DNA of 64,000 nucleotides from an uncultured Candidatus Saccharibacteria bacterium (lineage in GTDB: Bacteria; Patescibacteriota; Minisyncoccia; Phycocordibacterales; UBA9973): positions 207,477-271,476 of the forward strand of contig CAZIZK010000001.1 in assembly GCA_964544225.1 (NCBI GenBank), written 5' to 3'. The notes beneath the pieces were generated by a model that was given only the letters and a program-made list of their open reading frames with translations, ran no database searches and was not told the origin of the DNA. Shown here piece after piece: positions 19,524 through 30,294 of this stretch (positions within the stretch are counted from its first letter, which is position 1; the number at the start of each line of letters is the position of its first letter). The position numbers and the translations under genes are program-made.

Positions 19524-19544
19524 ATAGGAAATATATACTATAAT

Positions 19545-19633
19545 GTACATTATTGCAAATCCACACGTTATCAACAGGTTAATTAAGAGTTTGTAATTAT
19601 TGGTTATAAGTAAATACGAGTATAATAAAAACT
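19545..19633. promoter_or_regulatory. rpmH-dnaA intergenic region with DnaA-box-like sites (AAATCCACA at 19557-19565, TTATCAACA at 19568-19576).
   Basis: Read directly. Each is one or two mismatches from TTATCCACA. Confidence 0.5.
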
Positions 19634-20980
19634 ATGAATAATGAAAAAGAGTTGTGGGAAACATGCCTAATAGATATCGAATCCAGTATTTCACGTGCCA
19701 ATTTCACAACATGGTTCAAGAACACTTCTATAGTAAAAGAGGATAGTGGCACACTACACATAGGTGTTCCGAACGAGTTTGTAAAGGATTGGTTGTATAA
19801 CAAGTTCCACAAGCTTATATTAAAAACTCTTATGACACACAAGGACGATATCCGAGGTGTGGAATATGTAATTGTTAGACACGATTCAAGTAAAGCTCAA
19901 GCTGTCACAGTACCAACACAAACAAACAACAAAGAGCTTCCACTAAACGATCTATATATTAATAAAGACGACAATCTAAATCCGAAATACACATTCAACT
20001 CTTTTATTGTTGGGCCATTCAACGAACTTGCTTATGCTGTATGCCAAGCCATAATAAACAGTCCAGGGCAGAGTTATAATCCATTCTTTGTATATGGAGG
20101 AACAGGCTTGGGTAAAACTCATATGATCCAAGCAGTAGGGAACACTATCAAAGCAAAATTTCCAAACAAGAAAATATTTTATGTTAGTCTAGAGAGGTTC
20201 TCTATAGACTATATAAATTCTTTAGCGAACAAGACTCCAAATGCTTTCAAGGAAAAGTATAGAAAATACGATGTAATAATCATGGATGATATCCAGTTCA
20301 TATCAGGTAAAGATAAAACTCAAGAGGAGTTGTTCCACCTATTCAACACATTACACGAGAGTAATAGGCAGATCATATTCTCATCCGACAAACACCCAAA
20401 CTTTATCCAAGGGTTAGAGGAGAGGTTGCAATCACGATTCGCTTCTGGTATGACAGTGCAGATAACCGAGCCAGATTATGAATCACGGATAGCTATAATA
20501 AAGGCTAAGTTACAGAATAATAACTGTGATGTGGATGAAGACGTGGTTTCTTACCTCGCAGCGTCTCTTGAGGGAAATATACGCGAATTAGAGGGTAGTC
20601 TGAACGCTATTGTCTGCCAATCACAACTAAAAAACAAAAGTATTAGCCTAACAGAAGCAAAACAACTTATAAAAAACAATATCAAACCAAAAAAGACTGT
20701 AGCTATAAAAGATGTTGTAAAGATAATAGCTGATTATTATGGTATAGAGGAGGAAACTATCTATGATAAAACAAGAAGGAAGGAGATAGTTCGTGCCCGC
20801 CAAGTAACAATGTATATATTGCGTGAAGATTTCAATGTGTCATATCCATTAATAGGTCAGAAGATGGGTGGTAAGGATCACACAACGGTTATACATTCAC
20901 ACCTAAAGATAAAAAAGGATTTAACAACAGACCCATCATTAGTACAAGAAGTGGAGAAGATTCGGATCATGTTTAAATAG
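19634..20980 (+). CDS. dnaA: Chromosomal replication initiator DnaA.
   Basis: AAA+ Walker A GGTGLGKTHMIQAVGN, and the C-terminal helix-turn-helix region ...RARQVTMYILRE.... Confidence 0.95.
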   Translation: MNNEKELWETCLIDIESSISRANFTTWFKNTSIVKEDSGTLHIGVPNEFVKDWLYNKFHKLILKTLMTHKDDIRGVEYVIVRHDSSKAQAVTVPTQTNNKELPLNDLYINKDDNLNPKYTFNSFIVGPFNELAYAVCQAIINSPGQSYNPFFVYGGTGLGKTHMIQAVGNTIKAKFPNKKIFYVSLERFSIDYINSLANKTPNAFKEKYRKYDVIIMDDIQFISGKDKTQEELFHLFNTLHESNRQIIFSSDKHPNFIQGLEERLQSRFASGMTVQITEPDYESRIAIIKAKLQNNNCDVDEDVVSYLAASLEGNIRELEGSLNAIVCQSQLKNKSISLTEAKQLIKNNIKPKKTVAIKDVVKIIADYYGIEEETIYDKTRRKEIVRARQVTMYILREDFNVSYPLIGQKMGGKDHTTVIHSHLKIKKDLTTDPSLVQEVEKIRIMFK

Positions 20981-21194
20981 TTGTGGATAAGTTGGTATAA
21001 AGTTGTTTATAAATGTTAATAAAATTAATTTATTAAGTATTATTAAAAATAAAAGTATTTAAATTAAAAGTTATCAACATTTCAAAATATTAAAAATTCA
21101 AAAATATATTTATAAATAAAGGTTTAAAAAGTAATCCACATAATACAGACAATAATAGTAATAATAATGTATTAATAGATAATATAAACAATAT
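20981..21194. promoter_or_regulatory. Candidate oriC: an AT-rich dnaA-dnaN spacer with DnaA boxes.
   Basis: tgtggataa at 20982-20990 is the reverse complement of a perfect TTATCCACA. TTATCAACA at 21071-21079 and TAATCCACA at 21132-21140 are each one mismatch. The surrounding sequence is extremely AT-rich. Confidence 0.6.
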
Positions 21195-22292
21195 ATGAAA
21201 ATCGAAACAACAATAGAAAAAATAAAAAAAGCTTTAAACATATCAGAAAGGATGACTGGTAAGAACCTAACACTACCAGTATTAAACTCCATACTAATGG
21301 TTGTTGAAAACAATAACCTAATACTAAGAGCTACTAACTTAAGTATTGGTGTGCAAATATCAATACCAGTAAAAGTTGAAAGCACTGGAACCGTAGCCAT
21401 AAAAGGTGATGTATTGAGTTCTATGTTTTCAAATATAAATACCGATACAAATGTTGTATTTACACAAAAAGATAATAATCTAAATATTAAAACAAAAAGT
21501 AATAATATAACACTAAAGACACTTCCACACGAAGACTTCCCAACACTACCGACAGTTACTGGTGAGAGCTGTACTATACCAGTAAATAAATTTGTAGAAG
21601 GTTTGAAGTCTGTTTATTTTAGTGCATCTGTTTCAGATATTAAACCAGAGATAGGCAGTGTTTATATTTACCCACAAGACGACAATCTTGTGTTTGTTGC
21701 CACTGATTCGTTCAGATTAGCCGAAAAGAAAGTAAAAATAAAACAGAACTTGAATTTTAATGGAATACTAATACCATTTAAAAATACAATAGAACTTATA
21801 AGGGTGTTCGAAGGTGAGTCTGGTGATCTAGATATTGTATTTAATAAAAACCAAGCATCATTTACTCTAGGTAATGTGTATATAACATCACGTGTTATTG
21901 ATGGAGTGTTTCCAGACTATAAACAAATAATACCTAAACAACCAACCACAGAAGTTGTTATATTAAAACAAGACATAATAAATGCATTAAAGGTGGCAAA
22001 TGTTTTATCTGATAAATTCAATCAAATAATATTCTCTATAAATCCAAAAGAAAAAAAGTTTGAAATAGAATCAAAGAATACTGATGTGGGGGAGAATATA
22101 ACAATAGTTGCTGGAGCTCTAAAAGGGGAAGAGGTAAACGCTTCATTTAATTATAGGTATATATTAGACTCGTTTCAATCAATATCAGCAGATAGTGTAT
22201 CTTTTGAATTAACAGGTGGTAATAAGGCAATGGTTATACGCCCTGTGAGTGATAATACATTCCTATACCTAGTTATGCCTATGAATAGGTAA
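21195..22292 (+). CDS. dnaN: DNA polymerase III beta sliding clamp.
   Basis: 365 aa, downstream of dnaA. Three-domain clamp-like organisation. Confidence 0.85.
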   Translation: MKIETTIEKIKKALNISERMTGKNLTLPVLNSILMVVENNNLILRATNLSIGVQISIPVKVESTGTVAIKGDVLSSMFSNINTDTNVVFTQKDNNLNIKTKSNNITLKTLPHEDFPTLPTVTGESCTIPVNKFVEGLKSVYFSASVSDIKPEIGSVYIYPQDDNLVFVATDSFRLAEKKVKIKQNLNFNGILIPFKNTIELIRVFEGESGDLDIVFNKNQASFTLGNVYITSRVIDGVFPDYKQIIPKQPTTEVVILKQDIINALKVANVLSDKFNQIIFSINPKEKKFEIESKNTDVGENITIVAGALKGEEVNASFNYRYILDSFQSISADSVSFELTGGNKAMVIRPVSDNTFLYLVMPMNR

Positions 22293-22296
22293 ATAT

Positions 22297-22557
22297 ATGG
22301 ATTACAGGCCAATATCAAGCCTTTTAGATAGGGTAAAGAATATTATCTCGGCAGGAGATATACAACAAGATCTAATACAAAGTATTATAAAAGATTCAAT
22401 CAAAAAGGAGATTCCACGCGAGAAGATTGTTTTCAAGAGGGGAGTATTGAGTTTCAATAACCTAAGCCCTGTTTATAAAAACGAAATTTTCATAAACAAA
22501 AAAAAGATTATAGAGAATGCAAAAATAGTAAATATTAATATTATTGATATTAAATAA
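22297..22557 (+). CDS. Small hypothetical protein downstream of dnaN.
   Basis: 86-aa ORF, tightly spaced after dnaN. No family recognised. Confidence 0.35.
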   Translation: MDYRPISSLLDRVKNIISAGDIQQDLIQSIIKDSIKKEIPREKIVFKRGVLSFNNLSPVYKNEIFINKKKIIENAKIVNINIIDIK

Positions 22558-22558
22558 T

Positions 22559-25063
22559 CTACTCTACTTGCATTACAACTTCAGCTACACCAGTGTTACC
22601 ATAAGAGTCATATATTAGGGCTCTTATTTTATTTATATTAGATACACCAGGGATTTCGCTCGGGGTAATAGAGAATGTTCCAGGAGTTGAACGCATAGAT
22701 GTTATATATGAATTATTCATAAAAATATCTATCTTTTGTATTGGTATAGAACTTGTAGATGTTACTGTAAAATTTTGCTTTGTAGATTTATTGTAAACAA
22801 CACTTTCGTCTATTCCAGATATATAAACAACAGGTTTACTGTTGTTTGTGTGTATTGTGTCGTAAGTTGTTGGTATATCAGTATTTGTTATTATTGGGTA
22901 TTTGTGTTTATTGTTGTTCCACCATTTCTGCACCCCGTACTCCCACCGACTGTATTGTGAGTCACTTTCTGGGTTATTTGGTTTACCACCTGTTGGATTG
23001 TTTTTATTGATCCAATACAGTATTGTGTGCACGTTTGTAACCGATGTTTCCTTCTTTGTTGACTCTGGAGTATTAATTGTTGCAAGTTTGCCAGAGATAG
23101 TGTCTATTGTAAATGTATCACCACCTTGCCAGTAGCCACGTAGTATTGGTGACAGATTGTTGTCTATTTGGTCTGGTTTATTAAAGCTACCTCCTGGGTA
23201 CAATATTGAACCCTCTGTTATTATTTTGTTCCATATTGGACCCGCAAGCGCCGCACCACCTTTCTTCATTGGAGTATTTTCGTTATTACCAACCCAAGCA
23301 CCCACAACAATAGATGGGGTATAACCAATAGTCCAAGCGTCTTTGTTGTTGTTTGTTGTACCAGTTTTTACTGCACTTGCAATACTACCTGTGTACAAGC
23401 TCGAGTGCGTACCAAATGTGGGCACACGAGCCGAGTCATCTGACAAGATGTCAGATATTATCCTTGTTGTGTTTACTGGTAGAACAGTTGAATTATTGTC
23501 GGTGTATTCTTCCATCTTTACACCCTCTTTATTTTCAACTGAAAGTATACCCGTGTATGGGTGGCGGATACCCTCGGTAGCAAATACTCCATAGGCAGAT
23601 GTCATATCAAGTAGACTTACCTCACCACCTCCGATCACAAGTGATAGACCATAACGAGTCGGGTCATTTAGGCTGGTTACACCCATGTCGTGTGCAAGCT
23701 TGATAGAGTCTGTTACACCGACAAGATACAACAACTTCACAGCCACAACGTTGATAGATTGTGCTAATGCATCACGTAGACTAATCGGCCCTCGGAAAGC
23801 GTTATCATAGTTGTCAGGCATATAACAATTTGTTTTAGTGTTACCTCTCAGTGGGTTACCAACAGCATCACAAGAGTCTGAGAACTGGGTTTGGACATCG
23901 AACAACACAGTCTTCTCGGTATAGCCATTATTAAATGCGAGTGCATATACAAAAGGCTTGAATGATGAACCTGGTTGCCTCTGGGCTGTTACCACATTGA
24001 AGTTACCCTCTATTTCCTTGTCGAAATAATTGCGTGAACCAACCATAGTTAATATTTGGCCGGTCTTTGAATCTATTACTACTGCTGCAGCGTTCTTACC
24101 ATTTGCACTTTTCTCATTTTCTTTTGCTGCTTGTGCAACTATTGCCTCGGCCTTTTCTTGGAGCTTTGTATCTATCGTTGTTATAACTTTCAAGCCACCA
24201 ATATCCAAAGCTTCAGCACCATACTTATTCTCTAAGTAATCTTTTATAAAGAATACAAAGTGTGGAGCCTTTATATTTACTGGTTGTTCTGGTAGAAAGA
24301 CAACAACTTCGTTCTTTGCTTTTTCATAATCTGCACTGTTTATGTAACCCAAGTCCAACATTCTTTTTAGAACCAAGTTCTTTCTGTTGTCTAATTCGGC
24401 CTTGTGTTTTCTGTATGGTGAGTAGTATGTAGGGGAGTTAGGTATAGCAGCCATGTATGCAGATTCTGCTAGGGTTAGGTCTGCTGGTTTCTTACCAAAG
24501 AACATTCGGGATCCTTCTTCTACACCATAAACAGTTCCTCCATAAGGAGCTTCGTTTAGATAAAGACTCAATATGTCGTCTTTACTCATAATACGCTCAA
24601 GTTTTATAGCTAGTATCCACTCCTTTACCTTTCTTGTTAGAGTTTTTTCTTGGGTTAGAAGAGTGTTCTTTATAAGTTGCTGAGTTATAGTTGAGCCACC
24701 TTGTACTTTACCACCGAGGAACCGTGTCCAGACTGCTCGTATAATAGATGTGATACGTATGCCTTTATGGTTATAGAATTCAGAGTCTTCGATGGCTATA
24801 GTTGCGTTCTTTATGTAGGTACCCATTTCATTGTATGGGATTACAGTACGTCGGATATCTTTGTGTACATCGTATAGAAGTATTTGGCCTGTGCGGTCGT
24901 ATATCTTGGTAGAGTTAGCTACTTTTCTGTCGGTAAAGGATTTGAAATCTGGAAGCTGAAGAGTACTCAATAGTATTATTAATAATCCAAGGAATAGACA
25001 TATTGCCCCTCCTACAAGCATAAGCCAGAAGCCTTTTTTATGAGATTGTTTATTTATTTTCAT
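22559..25063 (-). CDS. mrcA: Class A penicillin-binding protein (PBP1A-type bifunctional transglycosylase/transpeptidase) with an extra C-terminal domain.
   Basis: N-terminal TM. GT51 region (RIMSKDDILSLYLNEAPYGG). Transpeptidase motifs SSFKPFVY (SxxK), SRN and KTGTT. Confidence 0.9.
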   Translation of the reverse strand: MKINKQSHKKGFWLMLVGGAICLFLGLLIILLSTLQLPDFKSFTDRKVANSTKIYDRTGQILLYDVHKDIRRTVIPYNEMGTYIKNATIAIEDSEFYNHKGIRITSIIRAVWTRFLGGKVQGGSTITQQLIKNTLLTQEKTLTRKVKEWILAIKLERIMSKDDILSLYLNEAPYGGTVYGVEEGSRMFFGKKPADLTLAESAYMAAIPNSPTYYSPYRKHKAELDNRKNLVLKRMLDLGYINSADYEKAKNEVVVFLPEQPVNIKAPHFVFFIKDYLENKYGAEALDIGGLKVITTIDTKLQEKAEAIVAQAAKENEKSANGKNAAAVVIDSKTGQILTMVGSRNYFDKEIEGNFNVVTAQRQPGSSFKPFVYALAFNNGYTEKTVLFDVQTQFSDSCDAVGNPLRGNTKTNCYMPDNYDNAFRGPISLRDALAQSINVVAVKLLYLVGVTDSIKLAHDMGVTSLNDPTRYGLSLVIGGGEVSLLDMTSAYGVFATEGIRHPYTGILSVENKEGVKMEEYTDNNSTVLPVNTTRIISDILSDDSARVPTFGTHSSLYTGSIASAVKTGTTNNNKDAWTIGYTPSIVVGAWVGNNENTPMKKGGAALAGPIWNKIITEGSILYPGGSFNKPDQIDNNLSPILRGYWQGGDTFTIDTISGKLATINTPESTKKETSVTNVHTILYWINKNNPTGGKPNNPESDSQYSRWEYGVQKWWNNNKHKYPIITNTDIPTTYDTIHTNNSKPVVYISGIDESVVYNKSTKQNFTVTSTSSIPIQKIDIFMNNSYITSMRSTPGTFSITPSEIPGVSNINKIRALIYDSYGNTGVAEVVMQVE

Positions 25064-25132
25064 GTATTTATCATACCATAAACAACAAGGCTACAAAGGA
25101 CAACAAAAGTAAAATATGTTAAAGTAGTTTAT

Positions 25133-26335
25133 ATGACAAAAGATGAAATTCAAAACAATACTTTATTGACCAGAGGGGTTTCTGCTGTTTACCCATCTGT
25201 TGATTATGTTTCTGCTCGTATTAATCGTGGGGAAAAACTGACTATATACTTAGGTATCGACCCAACAGGCCCAACACTACACTTGGGTCATGCTATTGCT
25301 TTGCGTAAATTGGGTGAGTTCCAGCGTGCAGGGCACAAGATCATAATGCTACTTGGGGATTTTACAGCTATGATCGGTGACCCAACAGACAAGGCCGCTA
25401 CTCGCAAACAACTTACTCATAAAGACGTAATGAAGAACCTGAAGAATTACAAGAAGCAAGCTTCGAAATTGATATCTTTTACTGGCAAGAATAAGGCTGA
25501 GGTGAAATACAACTCAAAGTGGCTAGGCCGTATGAAGTTCGAAGATGTTCTGAACCTGGCATCTAATATGACAGTTAGTCAGATGCTAGAGCGTGATATG
25601 TTCGAGAAGAGGATAGAGGAAGGTAAGCCAGTGTTTATACACGAGTTCATGTACCCACTTATGCAGGGGTATGACTCTGTGGCTATGAATGTAGATGGTG
25701 AGATAGGTGGTAATGATCAGACATTTAACATGCTTGCAGGGCGTGACCTTATGAAGTTATTGAAGAATAAAGAGAAGTTCGTGATCACTATGAAGTTGCT
25801 CGAAGATAACACAGGCAAGAAGATGGGTAAGACCGAGGGTAACATGATCGCCCTTTCAGATTCATATACAGACATGTTCGGTAAGGTAATGAGCTGGAAT
25901 GACAACCTAATAATCCCAGGGTTTGAACTATGCACTGATGTACCTATGGAAACTGTTGCATCTATCGCAGGTGATATTACACGCGGAGCGTTGAATCCCC
26001 GCGATGCAAAGATGCACCTTGCTCGTGAAATAATAAAGATGTTTTATTCTGAAGACCAGGCTACTTTTGCTCAAGAAAGTTTTACAGCAACATTCTCTAA
26101 AAAAGAAATCCCAGACAATATAGAAAGTGTTGTTGTAGGTGCTGATGAATTACTCATAGACGTATTTGTAAAAGAGAAGTTGATAACTTCAAAGAGTGAT
26201 TTCCGTAGGCTTGTAGAGGAGGGTGCTATAACAAACCTAACTACTGATCACAAGATCACTGATAGTAATGCAAAGGTAGGTTCTGGTGTTTATCGAATAG
26301 GGAAGAAGAGGTTTATAAAAATTGAAATCAAATAA
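25133..26335 (+). CDS. tyrS: Tyrosine--tRNA ligase.
   Basis: HIGH motif PTGPTLHLGHAIAL. KMSKS-type KMGKTEG. C-terminal S4-like region. Confidence 0.92.
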   Translation: MTKDEIQNNTLLTRGVSAVYPSVDYVSARINRGEKLTIYLGIDPTGPTLHLGHAIALRKLGEFQRAGHKIIMLLGDFTAMIGDPTDKAATRKQLTHKDVMKNLKNYKKQASKLISFTGKNKAEVKYNSKWLGRMKFEDVLNLASNMTVSQMLERDMFEKRIEEGKPVFIHEFMYPLMQGYDSVAMNVDGEIGGNDQTFNMLAGRDLMKLLKNKEKFVITMKLLEDNTGKKMGKTEGNMIALSDSYTDMFGKVMSWNDNLIIPGFELCTDVPMETVASIAGDITRGALNPRDAKMHLAREIIKMFYSEDQATFAQESFTATFSKKEIPDNIESVVVGADELLIDVFVKEKLITSKSDFRRLVEEGAITNLTTDHKITDSNAKVGSGVYRIGKKRFIKIEIK

Positions 26336-26337
26336 AT

Positions 26338-26362
26338 AAAAAATCCCCATATGGGGATTTTT
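26338..26362. terminator. Rho-independent, probably bidirectional, terminator hairpin aaaatccccatatggggatttt followed by a T-run.
   Basis: Perfect stem with flanking A and T runs, between convergent tyrS(+) and the 26366..26554(-) ORF. Confidence 0.7.
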
Positions 26363-26365
26363 TAT

Positions 26366-26554
26366 TTAGTACATGTCGTCTTCACTTAGTAGTCCTGTGT
26401 CTTCTGCTAGATCGTCTTCATCTTCTGCTAACAAATCTGGTGCCAAGTCATCGTCTAGAAAGGCATCATCAAGAACGTCCTCTGATAAATCTAAATCAGC
26501 ATCATCTACACCTTCTTCATCTTTTATCTCATCATCACTATAACTCATGTTCAA
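26366..26554 (-). CDS. Small (62 aa) extremely acidic protein downstream of ruvC. Function unknown.
   Basis: About 50% Asp/Glu with periodic DD/EE. Shares a bidirectional terminator with convergent tyrS. The opposite-strand ORF is a His-rich shadow. Confidence 0.4.
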   Translation of the reverse strand: MNMSYSDDEIKDEEGVDDADLDLSEDVLDDAFLDDDLAPDLLAEDEDDLAEDTGLLSEDDMY

Positions 26555-26644
26555 TATTTTTATTTAAAATAAACGACCCCATTAATATGCACTATTTGTA
26601 TCAAAATAGGAAACTCTTTGCAACTCTTGTATATTGTGGAAAAC

Positions 26645-27124
26645 TTATTTAAACCTCTCTCGGGCACAACATGTCAGGGCAATAGCCACCGCGTCGAGCT
26701 CGTCGTCTGAGTTGGTCACCTTATCCATCTTACACAATTTGGGTACCATAGCCATAACCATGTCTTTTGTAGCCTTGCCATAGCCTGTGATGGCTATTTT
26801 GATCTCACCTGGAGTGTATTCATATATACCCAGACCTGCACGGCTAGCCTCGTATATTACGACCCCACGGGCCTCGGCCACATTCATGGCGGTCTTTTGG
26901 TTGTTGGTTATATACAATTTTTCTATTGCCAGAGCCTTTGGCTTGTAGCTTTCTATTATCTTTCGGATCTCTTCACCCAATAGGGCCAATCTTTCATGGA
27001 AGGGTATAAGGGGTGATGTATGGAAGCATTCAGAGTGAATAACCACCTCTTTACCAGTAAGGGGTTTGTCTATTATTGCTATGCCGAGCCTTTCAAAGCC
27101 AGGATCTATTCCAAGGATTCTCAT
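26645..27124 (-). CDS. ruvC: Holliday junction resolvase RuvC.
   Basis: [19 protein letters not shown]-terminus. 159 aa. Confidence 0.9.
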   Translation of the reverse strand: MRILGIDPGFERLGIAIIDKPLTGKEVVIHSECFHTSPLIPFHERLALLGEEIRKIIESYKPKALAIEKLYITNNQKTAMNVAEARGVVIYEASRAGLGIYEYTPGEIKIAITGYGKATKDMVMAMVPKLCKMDKVTNSDDELDAVAIALTCCARERFK

Positions 27125-28125
27125 TTTTCAATAAACTCGAAACCCAAATGCTCGTACGCTTTCTTTGTAGCTGTGCGTCCACGAGGTGTACGCTCTAGAA
27201 AGCCCATTTGGATCAAGTACGGTTCTATCACTTCTTCTATAGTTGCCTCTTCTTCACTTGTAGCGGCTGCGATAGTTTTCAGCCCTACTGGTCCACCATT
27301 GAACTTCTCTATTATTATTTCTAGTACTTTTCTATCTGAGTATGTTAGTCCGTACTCATCTATCTCCAATAGTGCCAATGCCTTCTTTACTGAATCTTTT
27401 GTCATGTTTGTTTTGTGGACTTGGGCAAAGTCGCGACAGCGCTTTAGGAAGTAGTTGGCTGTACGTGGTGTGAAGCGCGCACGCAGTGCTATCTCGTCGA
27501 GGGCTTCGTCTTCCAGAGTGATGCCGAGTATCTTCGCAGAGCGAGCCAATATCTTCTTTATCTCATCATGTGTGTAGAACTCTAGGCGAAAGACTCCACC
27601 CGAGAAGCGTGATCGTAATGGGGAAGAGAGTAGTGCAATACGAGTCGTCGCTGCGATCATTGTAAATGGTGGCAGTTCGAGCTGGATAGTTCGTGCCGAT
27701 GGACCCTTGCCGATAATGATATCAAGCACTCCAGACTCCATAGCAGGGTACAGGACCTCTTCTACCATTTTGTTTAGCCTGTGTATCTCGTCGATAAAGA
27801 CAATATCACCCGGTGAAAGGTTCGTAAGTATGGATGCCAGGTCACCCACCTTCTCTATTGCAGGGCCGGAGGTGATCTTCATCTGCCTACCTGTTTCTTT
27901 GGCTATTAGGTGGGCCAAAGTTGTCTTGCCCAGGCCTGGTGGACCATAGAAAAGTATATGTTCTGGTGGGTGGTTGCGCTCGCTCGCCGCTTGCAATAGT
28001 ATTCGCAAGTTCTCCTTTATGTTATTTTGGCCTATATAATCGTCCCATATAGAAGGTCGAAGAGTATGGTCTAGAAACCCTTCATCTTTTGGCTCAATAT
28101 TTACTTTTTCATCAGGACTTGACAT
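27121..28125 (-). CDS. ruvB: Holliday junction branch-migration ATPase RuvB.
   Basis: [15 protein letters not shown] Walker A. AAA+ fold. A 4-nt overlap with ruvC indicates an operon. Confidence 0.95.
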   Translation of the reverse strand: MSSPDEKVNIEPKDEGFLDHTLRPSIWDDYIGQNNIKENLRILLQAASERNHPPEHILFYGPPGLGKTTLAHLIAKETGRQMKITSGPAIEKVGDLASILTNLSPGDIVFIDEIHRLNKMVEEVLYPAMESGVLDIIIGKGPSARTIQLELPPFTMIAATTRIALLSSPLRSRFSGGVFRLEFYTHDEIKKILARSAKILGITLEDEALDEIALRARFTPRTANYFLKRCRDFAQVHKTNMTKDSVKKALALLEIDEYGLTYSDRKVLEIIIEKFNGGPVGLKTIAAATSEEEATIEEVIEPYLIQMGFLERTPRGRTATKKAYEHLGFEFIEK

Positions 28126-28390
28126 AAAAATATTAATATGCTATACTCTTTTCAGATTGGTTTAAGTATTTTATATATAAAGAAGTATATCACTTCTTGT
28201 TCAAAATTTCATATCAATGCAAAGAGGACATTAATCTCTAAGCAATCAGCCCCTGGCTCTATATTTGTGCGTAGGACGCCCTGGTTTATTTTTAATATTA
28301 CTGGGACCATCCTGCAATCCTGTGTTACTTTAGTGGTCTTGTATCATTAAAGGATTGTTTAGAGATTTATGTCTTTTTTAGTTTCTGTTT

Positions 28391-28425
28391 AAATAAAAAC
28401 ACCAACAAATTTTGTTGGTGTTTTT
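28391..28425. terminator. Hairpin aaaaacaccaacaaaatttgttggtgttttt downstream of pilB.
   Basis: 10-bp stem flanked by A and T runs. Confidence 0.6.
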
Positions 28426-28441
28426 ATTTTTGTATAATATT

Positions 28442-30142
28442 TTAGGCTTCGTAGAAGTCGACGACACTAGCTACCTCTTCGTATGAGGTGATACCTGTTA
28501 GGATCTTTACCACACCGTCCTCCTTCATATTTAGTATGCCTTGGTTTGCAGCTACTTCGCGGATCTCGCGTTCGCTTGGGTTCTTTGGAATTATTGCTTC
28601 TATATTTGCATCGTTTTGGATTGCTTCGAATAGTCCCATACGGCCTTTGTATCCTGTCATGTTGCATTTGTCGCAACCAACGGCTTCGTACAATTTAATA
28701 CCAGATTCGATATTTACCCCATAATCCGCAACATTTTTATTGTGAGCTTTGGCGTCAGTGATGATATCATTTATTATTTTCAATTCTTCTTCAGTTGCTA
28801 CCTTTTCCTTCTTACAATTTACACAAAGCTTGCGGACAAGACGCTGAGCGATAGATAGTGAGAGTGCAGATACCAATATCTTTGGGTTTACATCCAGATC
28901 TATAAGGCGGGGGATCACACCAGCAGCGTTGTTAGTGTGAAGTGTTGAGAATACTAGGTGACCAGTAAGGGCAGACTCCACAGCGATCTTTGCTGTTTCT
29001 GCGTCACGGATTTCACCCACCATGATTACATCTGGGTCTTGGCGAAGTGATGAACGTAAACCTTCGAGGAATGTATAACCCTTTTCATCGCTTGTCTGTG
29101 TCTGGGTAATACCTGGTAGGTGGTATTCGATAGGGTCTTCGATAGTTATTATCTTGATCTCGCTTGAATATATTCTTTGCAAGAATGCATAGAGTGTGGT
29201 TGTCTTACCAGAGCCTGTTGGACCAGTTAGTAGGATCATACCATTTGGCTTTTTGATCTCGCGCATGAATATTTCGAAAAGTTTTGGTTCGATACCCATA
29301 TCCTCGAGCTTCACCCTTATAGATTTCGGATTCAATATACGCATTACTACACCCTCGCCATATGCGCCTGGTATAAGTGATACACGCACACTGATCTCTT
29401 CATTACCTAGCATGATACTGAATCGGCCGTCTTGGGCTGTGCGCTCGCTACTTATCTTGACCCCTGACAATATTTTTATACGAGAGTTTAGGAAGCGGTG
29501 GATCTCGTGAGGGATCTCGGTAACTTCTTGCAATACACCGTCGAGGCGGTATCGAAGTCGGACTGTACCTTCTTCGGGTTCAAAGTGTATGTCGGATGCG
29601 TCGATAGCGATAGCACCAGCCAGTATTACTTCGAGTATGTGTGATGTGGTGTGTACTTTATCCTTCTCGACTTCTTCCACCTTCTTCTTCACATCCTCGA
29701 GGTTCTTTATGTTTTTACCTATTTCAGTTAGGACATCGCCAGATATATCAATACTACCTGCGTGAGATTGTTCTGCATAAGACATTTCTTTGTATCTTTC
29801 CCAAGCTTTAGTCAGGCTTGCGAGTGACGCCATGTAAAAGTGGGGGACAAAGCCGTGACTTTTGAAATACTCAGTGAGCTTTGTGATATGTTCAGGCATG
29901 GGTGAGCGTACAGCTACGTGTAGCTCGTGGCCGAGCACCTTGAAAGGGGCGACTTGCTCCTCCAGAGCGTCTTTTTCCTTCATGGCACGGAGTGCATCGT
30001 TCTCTATCGGTAGGTTGGCTAGGTTAATATGGGGGATATTGTACTTACTTTCGGCAAGCATCGCCACCAGCTCCTCCTCTTCATCTTTTCTTAAATCTTC
30101 GAGCTCTTTTTCGCTCTTGTCGTCGTCAAATTGAATGGTCAT
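28442..30142 (-). CDS. pilB: Type IV pilus assembly/extension ATPase, PilB/GspE family.
   Basis: Walker A LLTGPTGSGKTTTLYA. GEIRD motif. C-terminal tetracysteine (CVNCK...CDKCN). Confidence 0.9.
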   Translation of the reverse strand: MTIQFDDDKSEKELEDLRKDEEEELVAMLAESKYNIPHINLANLPIENDALRAMKEKDALEEQVAPFKVLGHELHVAVRSPMPEHITKLTEYFKSHGFVPHFYMASLASLTKAWERYKEMSYAEQSHAGSIDISGDVLTEIGKNIKNLEDVKKKVEEVEKDKVHTTSHILEVILAGAIAIDASDIHFEPEEGTVRLRYRLDGVLQEVTEIPHEIHRFLNSRIKILSGVKISSERTAQDGRFSIMLGNEEISVRVSLIPGAYGEGVVMRILNPKSIRVKLEDMGIEPKLFEIFMREIKKPNGMILLTGPTGSGKTTTLYAFLQRIYSSEIKIITIEDPIEYHLPGITQTQTSDEKGYTFLEGLRSSLRQDPDVIMVGEIRDAETAKIAVESALTGHLVFSTLHTNNAAGVIPRLIDLDVNPKILVSALSLSIAQRLVRKLCVNCKKEKVATEEELKIINDIITDAKAHNKNVADYGVNIESGIKLYEAVGCDKCNMTGYKGRMGLFEAIQNDANIEAIIPKNPSEREIREVAANQGILNMKEDGVVKILTGITSYEEVASVVDFYEA

Positions 30143-30294
30143 AATAGGCTTATTATACAGTATTATTTCACTTTTTTAGTACTTGACAAATCCTTTAAAT
30201 TTGATATAATAGGTGGTGAAAGTGATTCTACTATTTGTATTGGTAAAGACAACGAGCCTTTTCGCTGTTTTTGCCAATATAAATACTAGACATC

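Noticed and set aside
19524-19574. 5' extension of rpmH ([17 protein letters not shown]...)
   Set aside because: L34 proteins begin MSQ/MKRT...; the extension is hydrophobic junk from the upstream AT-rich promoter region.
28138-28350. 70-aa ORF in the ruvB-pilB intergenic region
   Set aside because: It sits in a promoter/terminator region. It has no motif and odd composition. Probably non-coding.
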